Origin: Mobula hypostoma
Taxonomy: Eukaryota
Direction of reading: 5' to 3'
Length of the DNA stretch: 64,000 bases
Assembly (NCBI RefSeq): GCF_963921235.1
Contig: NC_086097.1
Coordinates: 45,882,001-45,946,000 of the forward strand
Shown here: positions 13,525 through 26,544 of the stretch, one piece after another
Layout of the letters: the number at the start of each line of letters is the position of its first letter
Position numbering within the stretch: the stretch's first letter is position 1
Made by a program: the position numbers and the translations under genes
The notes under the pieces: generated by a model
Told to the model about the DNA's origin: nothing
The model's input: the letters and a program-made list of their open reading frames with translations, nothing else
Database searches by the model: none

Positions 13525-14045
13525 AGAATGGACTGCACACAGTGGAATCTGAAGCAACAAACTAACTGTTGGAGGATCTTAGTGTGTCAAGCAGCATCTA
13601 TGGGCGAGGTTGGAATTGTCAGGTCAAAATTAGCTCAAGGGGGATATGGCTAGTAAAAAGTGAGTGGGTGGGGACAAAGGCCACATCCGATTTGTGGACT
13701 AATCGGGTGGGGAAGTTAGCTAACAGGGAGATAAAGCCCAGGGTGGGTTTAGGAGATAGGTGATTGATAGATGGCAGCAGACAATGTAGGAAGATGAAAC
13801 TGGGAGGTGGGGGGAAGGGTAAAAGAGGATATGGCTGCTGGAGGGCGATGAGCACCAACCCAAAAGCTACCAGTGCTGGAATGTAATAATAGGAACAATT
13901 GGGGAGAGGGAAAGGCATTTGGAACTGAGACCAGATGGGAGAGGGGATGAAGAGCTGCTGAAATGCATGGGTCGTGGATAGATGAAGCCAAGAAGGTGAC
14001 AGGGATGAAAACTGGTTATGGAGGGACATCAAAACTGGTGAGAAG
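13525..14045 (-). mobile_element. Decayed Penelope-like element 3' end
   Basis: Antisense tail ggaatctgaagcaacaaac..ggaggatcttag..gcagcatct followed by purine-rich body. Confidence 0.55.
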
Positions 14046-14057
14046 GACTGGAGGAAT

Positions 14058-14366
14058 TTATTTATTATTTATTTTTATTTAGAGTACAGTGTGGAACAGA
14101 CTCTTCTAGCCACCTATTTAATTCTAAACCTAGTAATCCACCTATTTAATTCTAGCCTAATCACAGGACAATTTATAGTGACCAGTTATCCTACTAACTG
14201 GTACATCTTTGGACTGTGGGAGGGAACTGGAGCACCCGGATGAAACCCAAGCACTCACAGCAAGCATGTAAAAACTGTCTTACCGAGGCCGCCAGAATTG
14301 AAATCCAAACTCTGACATCTCAAGTGTAATAGCATCACGAGAATCACCGTGCGATTGTGGCTCCCC
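14058..14366 (-). mobile_element. tRNA-derived V-SINE (HE1-like)
   Basis: Antisense V-domain tctttggactgtgggagggaactggagcacccggatgaaaccc; (TTTA)n tail at left; related copy at 60605. Confidence 0.75.
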
Positions 14367-14554
14367 AATAAAATTATTTCTAATCAGAGAATTGGATCTT
14401 TAATACCTTTGTTCACTGGTATTGTTGAATCTAATTTAGGAAATAAAGCATCCAATTTGTGAACCACAAAGTCCTGCAAAAAGCAATGATCTACGTGTTA
14501 TTGGATAACACAAATATTGGTTTGGTCCCCTAGTGAACTTTTTTTTTTAAATTC

Positions 14555-14730
14555 ATCTTCCTGAGAGAGAAAGCAATCTTAGTTCAACACTTCATCTGAT
14601 AAAGCATGTCCTCAGCAGTACAATATTTGTTCAAACTGCTGTGCAATTTTTCAGCCAAAATTAGGTTCAAGTCCTGAATTGGATTATAAACCAATTAGGA
14701 TGTAATGAAGGATGAATGTAACCAAAGCCA
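14555..14730 (-). mobile_element. Possible very old DeuSINE (SacSINE1/AmnSINE-type) remnant
   Basis: gttcaacacttcatctgata..cctcagcagtacaat..tcagccaaaatt..tcaagtcctga loosely resembles the recalled antisense Deu domain. Confidence 0.35.
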
Positions 14731-15212
14731 CAAATAATGATTTTAAACTGGAGAATGGAGGATTCCTAAAACAAAGCTTCAGTGAACTGTCAGCATTTAT
14801 GACATTGCACACAGTATTTCCAAAATGTAAGATTTGTCCGTTTTATAAGTTTTTAGCTGATCATGATTGATGCAAAAGCAGGCTTGCTTATTTTATTCAT
14901 ATTGATGGTCTTTTTTTGTCTAAAAAAAATTTTGCCATCCAAGGTGAACTCTTTTGAGAGTGACTTTCAGAATGCTTCAGCCATCAGGATTTTTTAAGAT
15001 CATCCAGGATGGCAGTAAGCACCATAGAGTAATGTAATAGTGCCAATTAAACCAAGTTAAATGTAGCACATGACAAACCACACTGCATTATGACTGTGCC
15101 CATTAACTGTACTACTTTATTAATCGTGATTAATTCAAACCATGCCAGATTCACTAAGTAGTACCAAAACAAACTCTATTAACTCCCTTGTTACACAATT
15201 TTTTAAGCCTAT

Positions 15213-15946
15213 TAGATAATATAGATACTTTATTGATCCCGAAGGAGTTACAGTGTCACAGTACACTACAAGTGCACAGATTAGCTTAAACAAATATTAG
15301 AAGAGAAGTAAGAATATAAAAATGTTACTTCAAACAGTGTATGGGGGGGTGGGGGTCATCACTTCCTCGGCTATAGTTGACTCATTATAGAGCCTAATAG
15401 CTGAGGCTAAGAATAGCCTTGTATAGTGCTCTTTGGAGCAGGGCAGCTGTCTTAGTGAATTACTGAAAGTGCTCCTCTGCTCAGCCAAGGTGGCATGCAG
15501 AGGATGAAAAACATTGTCCAGATTTGCCAGGATTTTCCATAGGGTCCTCTGTTCTACCACATCCATCCGTATGTCCAATGTGACTCCTGTAACAGAACCA
15601 GCCTTTGTAATCAGTTTATTGAGCCTGTTGCCATCACCTGTGTTGATGCCATTGTTCTAGCACACCACCGGATAGAAGATTGTACTGGCGACAACAGACT
15701 GGTTGAACACATGAAGGAGATGCCTGCGTACTGCGAAGGACCTCAGTTTCCTCAGGAAATAGAGGTGACTCTGGCCTTTCTCGTATATAGCCTATGTGTT
15801 GAGGCTCCACTCAAATCTGTCATCCAGGTGCACCCCTGGGTACTTGTTTGTCCTCACCACATCTTCACCATCAGTAGTAACAGGGAGCAGTGCAGGCTTA
15901 GTCTTCCTAAAGTCCATCACCATCTCCTTTGTCTTACTAATGTTAC
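15213..15946 (-). mobile_element. Rex1/Babar LINE 3' fragment
   Basis: Antisense translation ..HPLHATLAEQRSTFS..AIRLYNES; tail atagatactttattgatccc. Same family as 51308 and 63048. Confidence 0.85.
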
Positions 15947-16565
15947 TCTGAATAGACCTACCTGTTTTAAATGAAATGGGCTAGGGCTTGATGTGACAAG
16001 GTTGGAGTCCTCGTGCAGTTGTTGGTCTCTGGAGTTATTGCAATCAATAATCTCACAAGATAACTTTAATATATTTTTCGTAAACTTTTTAGACATTGCT
16101 TTGATTTTATTGTTAAAGTTGACACCGTTTCCATTGTGTCCTTGTTTGAAACTTTCACTTTTTGCTGGTTCTTATAATCAACTTGGCCACCTGTTCTGCA
16201 GTTATCAAATTTAGACTTGCGTAATATTGTCTTTGGGAAACAGTACCTCAAAACAGTCTGTCTCAGTATTAAGAATAATGGAGGGGGTCACAGCACTCTA
16301 AAATTGTCTTGGGTGAAAAATTATTCCAGCTACGTTCCTGCACAGACACTAACCAGGTGTCAGCCTGACCCCACTTCACATTGTTACTTGAGCTTGATGC
16401 TGGCCAAGTCACTTTTGTTTTTATAGCTTCCATTTGTCTCTTTCTCTGCCCCCCCCCCCCCCCGACTGACTACACCACCATGAAAATGAGCTCTTCCCCC
16501 AACTTGTCCATGCCAACCAATGGTGCCTACCAAGATTGCCCTGTTTGGCACATATCCCTCTAAAT

Positions 16566-16646
16566 AAGCGGTCCCAGACCTTTTTTTATACCTTGGACTC
16601 CTACCATTAACTGAGTGGTCTGTGGCCCACAGGTTGGGAACCCCTG
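16566..16646. mobile_element. hAT/Charlie-type MITE (about 80 bp) inside an antisense CR1 tail remnant
   Basis: Right TIR ggttgggaacccctg, degenerate left TIR; 8-bp flanks ctctaaat / ttctaaac (6 of 8 match, NTCTANAN-like). Confidence 0.6.
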
Positions 16647-16769
16647 TTCTAAACCCTTACTATCCATGCATTTATACAAATGTCTTTTGAATGATGTTCC
16701 AGTTGCCTCACTCATATTTGCTGGCACCAACTTTGTTGCTTTGGATAGAAATAGTGACTTTATACCATA

Positions 16770-18045
16770 TCATTATCAGATATAATCAGAGAGATGCCAA
16801 AAGAATAAAAGAGAGATTAGAGTGGACATCGGACTGCTGGAGAGGTAATAATGTGGGACAAAAATGGCAGATGAACATAACTATTTTGTGTCAGTCTTCA
16901 CTGTGGAAGACAGCAACAACATGCCAGAAATTCTGGAGTGTCAGGGGACAATAGGAAACGTAGTCACTATTACTAAGGAGAAGGTGCTTAGGAAGCTGAA
17001 AGGTCTGGAGAGTCCATGTCATCTGAACTAGATGGACTTACACCCCAAGGTTCTGAAAGAGGTAGCTGAAGGATTGTGAAGGCTTTTTTGTAGTAATCTT
17101 TCAAGAATTGCTAAGTTCTAAAATGGTTCCAGAGGACTGGAAAATCACAAATGTTACTCCTCTCTTTAAGAATTCAACTTCCACATAACCCTGTATTATT
17201 TCTATTAGGTGATATTGAAGGGATAAAACCGAAACTTAAATTGAATAAATATCAGAAAGAATTTATAAAAATTGCATTGGTAGTAGCTAAGAAGACTATA
17301 GCAGTTACTTGGAAATCTGATTCGTATTTAAGTATGGATCGTTGGAATAATGAAATGGCTAGTTCTATTCCACTTGAAAAGATTACTTATAATTTAAGAG
17401 ATAAATATGTAACATTTTTGAATATTTGGCGCCCTTATTTACAAAAGATAGGATGGCATATTTAAATGCTCCGACAAAGATTTTGGTTACTTGGGGAAAG
17501 TAACGAATAATTATACCAAATTTATTTTGAATCCCATGGAGCATGTGGAAACCTTCCAATACCCAGGTGGCTCTTTTTTTTTCTCTTTCTTTCTTTTTAG
17601 ATAGGACTATATATGGGGGTGGGGTGGGTAGATTTTATCTTTTCATGTATTCTTTTTGAAAATTTAATAAAAATTATATTAAAAAAAGAAGAGAGTGAGA
17701 CAAAAGAAAGGAAATTATAGGTCTGTTAGCCTGACTTCAATGGTTGGCAAGATATTAGACTCCATTATTAAGGATGAGGTTTGGGATAATTGGAGGCACA
17801 TGATAAAATAGGCCAAAGTCAGCATGGTTTCCTTAATGGGAAGTCTTGCTTGCCAAATCTGTTGAAACGATTTGAGGAAATGGAAGAAATAGTTGCTATT
17901 TATTTGGTTTTTCAGAAGACCTTTGAAAAGTGCTGCATGTGATGCTGCTAAGCAAGATAAAGGCCCATGGTATTGCAGGAAAATTAATATGGACAGAAGA
18001 TTGGCTGATTGGCAGAAGGCAATGAGTGGGAATAAAGGGGCATTC
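16770..18045 (+). mobile_element. CR1 LINE internal fragment interrupted by an L1 3' end
   Basis: PEDWKITNVTPLFK | insertion | ..GNYRSVSLTSMVGKILDSIIK, SQHGF..SCLPNL. Confidence 0.8.
17173..17685 (+). mobile_element. 5'-truncated L1 from a second subfamily
   Basis: Open ORF2 C-terminus (AKKTIAVTWK..LEKITY..F..IWRPY); 3' UTR with G-tract; AATAAA 17666 and A tail; TTT/AAGAA site with a probable short TSD AAGAA. Confidence 0.85.
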
Positions 18046-19626
18046 ACCAATGTTATGCAGACTGTTAACCTAACACAGCCTATTTTTGGGTATAATTCAA
18101 AATTTCTCAAATTTTCTCTATATAAGTACTCCAATTTGTATTACTGGTCAGAACACTGTGTTTAATCATTATTTGTATTATTCTCTACTTCTCTTTGTTT
18201 GAAAGCTTGTCTTTAGATAGAGCTGTCTGCCAGATACGTTATACCTACACTTCTGAAGCATCTAGTCTTTGGCCCTGTTTACCACAGTATTTCGCTAGCT
18301 GCTTATCTGCTCAAACTTTACAACAGCATCCATCCAACAGAATAAAATCCTAAGCATCAGAATGTTCAAAGCACTTGTCAAGTTGACCAGACACAGCATT
18401 GAAACAACTGAATTTTGGTTCAAAACTAGAGACGAGGAAAAACTAACTTTAAGAGGTGGGTTGGGGGGGGGGGGAGAATATGCATACCTGTGATGGAAAC
18501 TAGACTGCAGTCACCAAGGTTACAATCACTTTAAAAGCTGGCAGTGAGGATAGAAAGGAAAATATGAAAATATGAAATTGAAATGAGGGAACAGGAACTT
18601 AAATAGAAATAAAATGGTGTGGGATGAGGATACTGTATTGAGTCCTAAGGATTGTAATGTATCCAGGTGAAAAATGAGGTGCTGTCCCTCAACTTAAGTT
18701 TGGGCATAATAAGGAAATTCAGAGAATAAAAGTGAGTGTAGGGAGAAATGAAAATGACAGCAGACTAGGACTGAATGGAGGTGTTCTACAAAGCTGTTAC
18801 CCAGTTGATATTTGAGTTTCCCAAGTAGACCATATTCTGAATTCTGAATGCAGCACACTAAAATGGAAGTGAATTGCTCCCTTCAGTTGGAAAACTGTAT
18901 AGTAGAAGTTGCTGCATCTCGTGCAGTAATGTGAGAAATTGCTCCAAGGTGTGATGGATGGAGGAGTAGTAGTGGAGGGAACCAACCATTTAGAATGTGC
19001 AAGGGAAAGGTGGTGAAATCCCCCTGAAGAAAAGTGGAAATTATGGAGGAAGGCTAATAGTCTTGCTAAGTTTCTCCACAAAATTTTGCAAATGCTGTAT
19101 GTTTATATTACCACTCCCCTTTAAAGTGCTGCTGCAGGTCTGAAATTCTAATGTAGACAGCAAGTTCCTACTGGGACATTTCTTCCTTAGTCAGGAATTT
19201 ACTGAGAAAATTATACTGAAGCAGACTTGGATTTTTCAGCGTCATCAGCTTTGAAGTAATGTGGGTATGAAACCTGCTGCTCAGACAAGAAAATTCATAC
19301 TTGACTGCACCAAAAAACACAGCAAAACCAAGCTGCTTAACAGAACAAACTATGTAGCCACAGGGAATGTGAATGGAAAGGCCTTCACACAAGCCCATAA
19401 ATTGAACATGACCTTCACTGTTTCTCCCACACTCCTCCCTGACCTGGAACCAAGTGTTAAATGATTTCTGGATCTCAAAACAAAATGTAGCTCATTGCCT
19501 TGTAGCTTTTAAAACATTCTTGGATTGTTAAATAGGGCAGTAGGTTCATGTGGATGAAAGGTTACAAAAGAACTGCGCACCTTAATTGCCTTTCAGAGTT
19601 GCTTAGCTTGTAATTAATATGATCTA

Positions 19627-21095
19627 CAGTACTGTGCAGAATTCTTAGTCACGCTAGATTTGTTATACAAATTGTTTTAGTTTTCCAGATGTTCATTTTC
19701 CAAAAAATAAATGTTGGAAAAATGTTTGTATTTCATTAGAAAAAGTATCATTAAATAATAGACCACATTACAAATAAAAAAACGGTGATTACTTTTGTAG
19801 GTCTATAGCCCAATGCATGATTAAACAAAGGTAATAAAGAGGATGCTAATGATCAATGACATAGTGAGTTGACTGGAACACAAATGGGTGTAGAAGGAAT
19901 CATACTAGGTGAAGGGCAACCAAACTAAAAGGTAAGGTTGGCAGATGTGACAGTTTAATCTTCAAACCATTAATTCCTACACCATAGCAAGATGAGCATT
20001 GGCAGACTCGCGTACTGGTCATCCTGCATCAGCAAGGTCTTTCCCAAGTAGAAATTTCACAGCAGACAGGAGCTTCAAGATGTGGTGTCCAAGCTCCTCT
20101 AAAGAAATGGGCAAGATTGAGGACCAGAAGTGCAGTGGTCAGCCATGGAATCTGAGTGCAGCAGACAAGAAATACATCAAACTGATGTTCCATCTAAATC
20201 ATATCCAGCACTGCTATCAGCTCTGAACTCGTAGAAACCAATGGAGCCCAAGTACACCCCTCTACAGTTGAAAAGTCTTGTCAGAAGTGGTCTTCATGGA
20301 AGAGTGGCTGCCAAAAAGCCATTCCTCTGAGGTGGAAACAAAACCAAGAGGCTCACCTATGCACAAAAACACAAGGAATCAGATGTTGAACAATGGCAAG
20401 AGTTCCAACCTGACAAGTAAAAATTTGAAAGTTTTGGCTCAAGCAGGAGGCAGTTTGTCTTTAGAAGAGTTGGAGGATGTTACATGAGTGAGTGTCTCAG
20501 CTAACAGCGAAGCACGGTGGAGGTTCCCTGCAGGTTTAGGGCTGCATTTTTGCAAGCAGGGTTGGTGATCTGGTCACAATTAATGGAATCCTCAATTCTG
20601 AGAAGTACAAATAGATTCTTATCCCTCACACAATACCATCGGGGAGGCTTCTGAGCAGTTGCAATTTTATTATGCAGCAGGATAGAGACCCCAAATGCAC
20701 AGCCAAGGTCATAAAGAACTATCTTGAAGGAAAAGAAGAAGGGGTTCTGCAATAGACTGGCCTCCACAGAGCTCTGATCTCAACATCAGGGCTGTCTGGG
20801 ATTACCTGGAGAGACAGAAGCGAGCAAGCAAGCAAGGAGCCGAATCTGCAGAACTGTGGCAAAATCTCCATGATGGGTAGAACAACCTACCAACTGATTT
20901 TCTTATAAAACCGCATGACAGTTGATGTTTTAAATGCAAAGGGTGACACACCAGATATTGATATGACTCTTCTTACTGTTTACTGCTCCTTGTAACAATT
21001 TTTGATGTTTAGAAACTTTTCACTTCATTATTTTTAAAAGCATCTTTGCTTTACAGAATATTTTAAACATGTGCCAAGACTTTTGCACAGTACTG
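19627..21095 (+). mobile_element. Complete, decayed Tc1 DNA transposon
   Basis: TIRs CAGTACTGTGCAGAATTCTTAGTCAC / GTGCCAAGACTTTTGCACAGTACTG with TA on both sides; transposase remnants KHGGGSLQV*GC, QQDRDPKCTA, WPPQSSDLN. Confidence 0.92.
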
Positions 21096-21183
21096 TAAAC
21101 TGGATGGAACCTTGAGCACTGTGCTGGGATTTCAGAAGGATTTGAAAAGAAAAGGGCATGAAAAGGCACTTGGGAAAATTCTC

Positions 21184-21362
21184 CTCTTAGCTCCATCCCT
21201 CCCCCTGCTGTCTTCTCCTATCATTTCTGATCTCCCCCTCCCCCTCCCACTTTCAAATCTCTTACTATCTCTTCTTTCAGTTAGCCCTGACGAAGGGTCT
21301 CAGCCTGAAACGTCGACTGTCCTGCTGCATTCACCAGCATTTTTTATGTGTGTTTCTGGAAT
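21184..21362 (+). mobile_element. Penelope-like pLTR fragment with hammerhead core
   Basis: Near-copy of 8606-8790; CTGACGAAGGGTCTCAGCCTGAAACGTCGACTG. Confidence 0.8.
21283..21318 (+). ncRNA. Minimal type I hammerhead ribozyme motif
   Basis: CUGACGA - stem II - GAAAC GUC, with a short stem I containing one mismatch. Confidence 0.65.
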
Positions 21363-21400
21363 TTTAATATGTTGTTGAAGAAATCTTTGGATTCTAATCT

Positions 21401-21660
21401 AGCATATTGGTAGCATATCGTTCTAACGCAGTGCTTTACAGCACTAGCTGTGAGATCGGGGTTTGATTTCCTCCGTTGTCTGTAAGGAGTTTGTAAGCTC
21501 TCCCTGTGGCCATGTGGGTTTCCTCCAGGTGTTCCAGTTTCCCCCCTCAGTCCAAAGCCGTACAGTTAGGGTTAGTGAGCTTAGGAATGTTGGGACACTT
21601 GCGCACTACCCAGCACTATCTTTGCTAATTTGATTTTATCTACTTTGATTTGATTTACAT
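21401..21660 (+). mobile_element. tRNA-derived V-SINE
   Basis: A-box-like tagcatatcg, B-box-like ggtttgattt, V-domain gtgggtttcctccaggtgttccagtttcc..cagtccaaag. Confidence 0.7.
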
Positions 21661-21713
21661 CTATTTTCTTCAATTTTCTTGACCCAGTGACCCTTCATCA
21701 TTCCAAGTTTGAC

Positions 21714-22110
21714 GGCACAGTAGCACAGCTATTAATGCAGTTGCTTCTCAGCTCCCGTAACCCAGGTTCAGTCCTGACCACCTGCTCTGCCGAAGGTTTG
21801 TAGGTTCTCCACACGAGTTTGAAATTTCGTCAGGGTCTCCACTTTCTACTGTGGTTACAAAAATATATGGGTTAATAAATTATTTGACCACAGTGTAAGG
21901 CAATCATGTAGATGTATGGTAGAAACAACAAGTTGATGGGGATATGCAAGCTTAGGTATAATTCATCTGTAGGTTTTATCCTTACTTTCCTAAGTACGTG
22001 TGTGTTATATATACTAATGTGCTTTACACTCTGGTCCGGAGAAACATGGTTTCGATTGACGGTATACATGTATATAGTTAAATGACAATAAACGATATGG
22101 GGAAAAGTAA
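21714..22110 (+). mobile_element. Second V-SINE carrying a 147-bp LINE-tail insertion (21947-22093)
   Basis: Head ggcacagtagcacagc..ccaggttcagtcctgacc; insert flanked by GATATG direct repeats and ending gacaataaac. Confidence 0.6.
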
Positions 22111-23635
22111 ATGAGATTGACTTTAAGTCAATCTGCTTATTTAAGGAAGAATAATCCAGTGACCCGTTCCTGCATCCCCATCCTTGGGTTAGGCCTATAA
22201 TCTGCAATGGTTTTAAATAATTAGAAATGATCTCAATGACATAAGATTGAGTTTAATGGGTGGTTGCTATCATCATCTTTTCCTTTGTGTGGTATCCTTC
22301 TGTGGAAGGCCAAAGAACAGATCAAATTGCTGAACAATAGAGTTGGATTTAGAGGCTCAATGGCCCATTGCTCCAATTTCTTCAGGGTTCTGCCACTGAT
22401 TTCACATCAAATCAGCTGTGAATAGTAATTTTGCACTCATCTTTTGTGCCATTTTCTCCATAGTAGTGCTCCTTTCCTGTCTTAAAGGTTCCTTTTCTCA
22501 TGTGCATTCTTGTGATACCCATTGACGGCCTTTATCTTTCCTTTTAATTTGTGGGTTTAAATATTCTTTGATCAGGGATTCAATATAAATTGTTACTAAA
22601 TGGTAGTTTAGATTTCTTATTCACATGTGTTTTTTTCATTTTATTGGCATTGTTTTCTGTAACCAGTAGATGGTGCACCACATCATGTATAACCATTATC
22701 TTAAATACTCGGATTCATTTCATTTATCACATGTAATTTGAAACAGACAATGAAATGTGTTGTTTGCATTAATAGCCAAAACCACCCAAGGATGTTCAGA
22801 AATTTAAAAAACTGAAAATTTAAGAGTTGCAGAAATTCATTTATTCTACAAAAGCAGTATTTAGGCAATCAGAATCTGTACATATTTTCATATTACTTTG
22901 TCATCCAAATTTTCAATTTTTGAGAGAATACCAAAACTGTGTTATCTGAACATTGCATTGGAAATTAGCATAGTAGGTCTGAAAAACTGCCTTTAAGTTT
23001 GAAGTTCAGGACAATTGCTGTCCATCTGAACCATTTAATCACAACCGTTGCTTTTGTCTCTCTGTGTCTCTGTGTTTGTGTGCATGCGCACGTCTGTCTT
23101 CCTTGCCTTTCCGAGGTTTGTGAGTGGGTTAGTGCTTTAACAAAATTAAAATCAAATTAAACTGAAAAGTAGCTTTTATACATTTTTATGGTAGGAATGT
23201 TTTAGTTATTTATACAGTAGTTACTTTTGTATAAATTCTTAATGCTTAATTGCTTGTTGTTCATTGGCATACCAATGTAATTGCCCTAAGCATGGTTCTG
23301 AGATGTTTTAAGTTTATTTACATATTGTGGGGAAAACTTTTAAGTTGTTATGTTCAAAGAGACATTTGGATAGCTACTTAAATATGAGGGGTATAGAAAC
23401 GTACAGTCCTAATGTAGGTAAATGAGATTACTGTAGATAGGTATCATAGGCTGCGTGGGCAAGTTGTGTCCAAAACGTCTGTTTCTGTGCTGTTTGATTC
23501 TTCTGTGATTTTGTTCATCAGATTTGTGTCATCAGTCAAAATCAAGTTTAATATCACTGGCATACTTTGTGAAATTTGTTGTTTTGTGGCAGCAATACAT
23601 TGCAATGCATAATAAAATATAAATTACAATAAGTA

Positions 23636-24400
23636 CAGTGGATTTTGGGTAATTGGGCCCTTGGTTAATCAGGGCAGCTGTTTATTTGGGCCAACTCTTA
23701 AAGAACAAAAACTAAATTGAGAAAATAGCCGTGGTTCCCTTTGTTTATTTGGCACAGTATGCTGTTTAATTGGGGCAGGAGACTGTTGCTAACATGTACA
23801 AGTCGAGTACACTTGCATAGCCGTTAGACACTACACTACTTACTGCGAACACTTTTTAAATAGCGCCAGTTGCATGTGTTTGTGTTCAAAAAGCAGTTAT
23901 TTTTATTATTGATAGTTTGGAGAAACAAGCAGCAAGACAATTCGGAACTGTTATGCTCACCATGGTTTCAAGCATTCAGGCCTGGAGATGCCAGAAACAG
24001 CTGGGAGTGAAAATTAAGCAATTTCACTAATTCATGTTACAAATTACAAAGAATTAGAAGGTCTTGACAATCGTCTTGAATGCTACAATGAAAATGAAGA
24101 TTTGGAAGGTGCAATCATCTAAAGCATTGTATGAAGGAAGGCCATTGTCTGCACTAGGTGTCTCTGTTGATTTTGTTCATTTACAAAGAAAGGCGCCTGT
24201 GTATACTGGATTAATTCATCTGTCAATAACTGGGAACTAATGCAATTTTATAGTACTGTAGAAGTATTGTTAGTGTTCTAATTTGTTCTGTATTTCATTT
24301 AAATTCATTAATTGTTACTCAGTTAAATGGTAGTTTGTCTTTTTTTTATACCCTATTTCTATGAAACCAACTAATTGGGGCAGCCACTTAATTGAACCAT
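23636..24400. mobile_element. Probable pogo/Tigger-type non-autonomous DNA transposon, right end truncated
   Basis: TA|CAGTGGATT start; repeated TAATTGGG(GC) subterminal motifs at both ends; interrupts the LINE tail. Confidence 0.5.
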
Positions 24401-24507
24401 GTGTGTACACGTTCATGGGTTCATTGTCCATTCAGAAATCTGGCAGAGAGGAAGAAGCTCCTCGTGAAATGTTCTGTGTGTGCCCTGTAACACCACCTTG
24501 ATGGTAG

Positions 24508-25462
24508 TGTTACGTACCCCATAACTGGGTTGCCAAACCAGCAGAAATGGATCACTCAGTTGGAGTCTGGGTTACTAGAAGTAAGAAAGTTTTATTAAAG
24601 GAACAAGCAACACAGTAATCGAAAGGATAATAAATGCAACAGTTCAGCAATGATAAACACACATGTGCACAGAATTAAGATAACAGCATCGATCAAGCTC
24701 TATCATTGTCTAGGGGTAAATGACCAATTTCAAAGTGACACAAAATTCAGTCCAATTTAGTTCAGTTCACAGTAATCGTTGCCATGGCGATGGACAACGT
24801 GGGGGGAGGGAGAGAGAGAACGGGAACGACTGATCATTCAGAAACGGCTTCCACTCACAGACCGGCGATATTGCTCACAAGCAGCTTTCGAGCGTGTCCT
24901 TGGTGATGTCGCCTGAGGTCACCGACTGTGACCCCTCCTCCAGATGCGGTCGATCCTCTGCAGTGAACCCGGCACCCAAGCGAGGGTGGACACACACTGG
25001 GTTCCCGCTGATCGTACCTTTCCACCCTGTGCGTTTATGGTCCGGTACTTCCCACCGACTCGTGAGAGGCGCACCGCTTCCAGGGTCTCGTTACCTCGGG
25101 TGTCGTGTGTGTCCTGCCTTAGCGAACCTGTCCCTTTTTATCCCCCTGCTGGGGTATTGCCTGTCCATCACTTCAAACAGTTCAGGGTTCAAAGGGGGAG
25201 CCGCTCTAGACAGCTCTCTCTCCCACGTCCCTTCATTACACATCTTCAGATCGCCTGTCCATCACTTCAAACAGTTCAGGGTTTAAAGGGGGAGCCGCTC
25301 TAGACAATACCCGGACTGATGGCTCCTTCATTAACATGTCCAAATGCTGCTTCATTGTTCCTTATCTGTCCCTCCCCTGAGGACAGGTGGCAGACCACTG
25401 CTGATGCCACTGGTGCAAGCCCAGGCCAGCAAACATCTTAATTTATGTGTATTCTCGTCACA
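24508..25462 (-). mobile_element. Solo LTR, 955 bp (Gypsy- or ERV-type)
   Basis: TGTTACG...CGTCACA termini; 4-bp TSD GTAG (24504-7, 25463-6); minus-strand AATAAA near 24590; CpG-rich. Confidence 0.88.
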
Positions 25463-26544
25463 GTAGTGATGAGAAGAGGGTGATGCGGATCCTTAATGAT
25501 TGCCACGTTTTTTTTGAGGCATCGCGTTTTAAAGGTGTCGTGGATGCTGGGGAGACCAGTGCCCAGGATGGAGCTGGCTGCAGTTTTTTCCGATCCTGTG
25601 CAGTGACCCTTCCCTACGTACCAGTTCTACTTGCACATCAGACAATGCTTTAGTGTTAAGGATGGTCCTACATTTCTAACAAATCATTTTTTTTCTTGCC
25701 TATTAAAAAGTTTCTGGTAATTTATAACAAAAATTGATTCCTCAGTTAGACAAGGTTTAGCTAAATACATATATGCCCAAATGAGAGCCTTTAATTACAT
25801 TCTCATACTTTAATACATGAAGTACCATTTGTTTTTAAACTGGAGTTGATTCTGATAGCAATTCTATAGAGTTTAATTGTAACTGAGTAAATATTTTGTG
25901 GCATGTTGATCTTCAGAATCACTATATGCAAATTTCATGAATTCCAAGAAGTTGAAACAAACTAAAGTTTCTACTCTTAGACCAAAAAAATCCCCAAATA
26001 AAATGAATTTAAACTATTCTAGTTTCATGCATGTGATTTGATGCTGAGTATCCTTCTCAGAGTTCTATAAACATGGTTCCAATTACATGTTACTAACTTT
26101 GCATTTTATGGTGATATTTTCTTGTTTGGAGGTGACATACCTAGTTGAAAGTCCACTACATATCATAGTTATTTGAAACCCAGTTGAACTTGTTACTGAA
26201 TATCCATGAAATATTTAATTGAAGATGCAGTGCTAATAAAGAATTGTAGTATCCTGCTCACTTCATTTTAAATTTTAATTACATTTTTTTTGGGGGGTGG
26301 GGAACATAATGGAATGTAGAGCTGACTTTTGACTATACAAGTTCTTCCAATTTTACTGAACAGTTTGCAAGTCAGGAACAAAAAATCCATAAATAACATT
26401 CTGACATAGCAGAAGATGCTTGCAGCCTCACACCAGATGGCAAATGCATCATATGTAAGGGCCGTATTTGTAAAATGGGGAGGATCTTGGGTCTAATAAT
26501 TTTCAACCACTTTATTAAGACACCGTTATATAATCAAAATTTGG

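Larger units (their letters stand above)
23538..25650 (-). mobile_element. Rex1/Babar-type LINE 3' fragment hosting two nested insertions
   Basis: Tail aatcaagtttaatatcactggcat.. shared with 59090; body continues across the insertions (gaagaagct..gatggtag|tgatgagaagagg). Confidence 0.7.

Noticed and set aside
21401..21790. tRNA genes
   Set aside because: Degenerate A/B boxes run directly into V-SINE domains and no cloverleaf forms.
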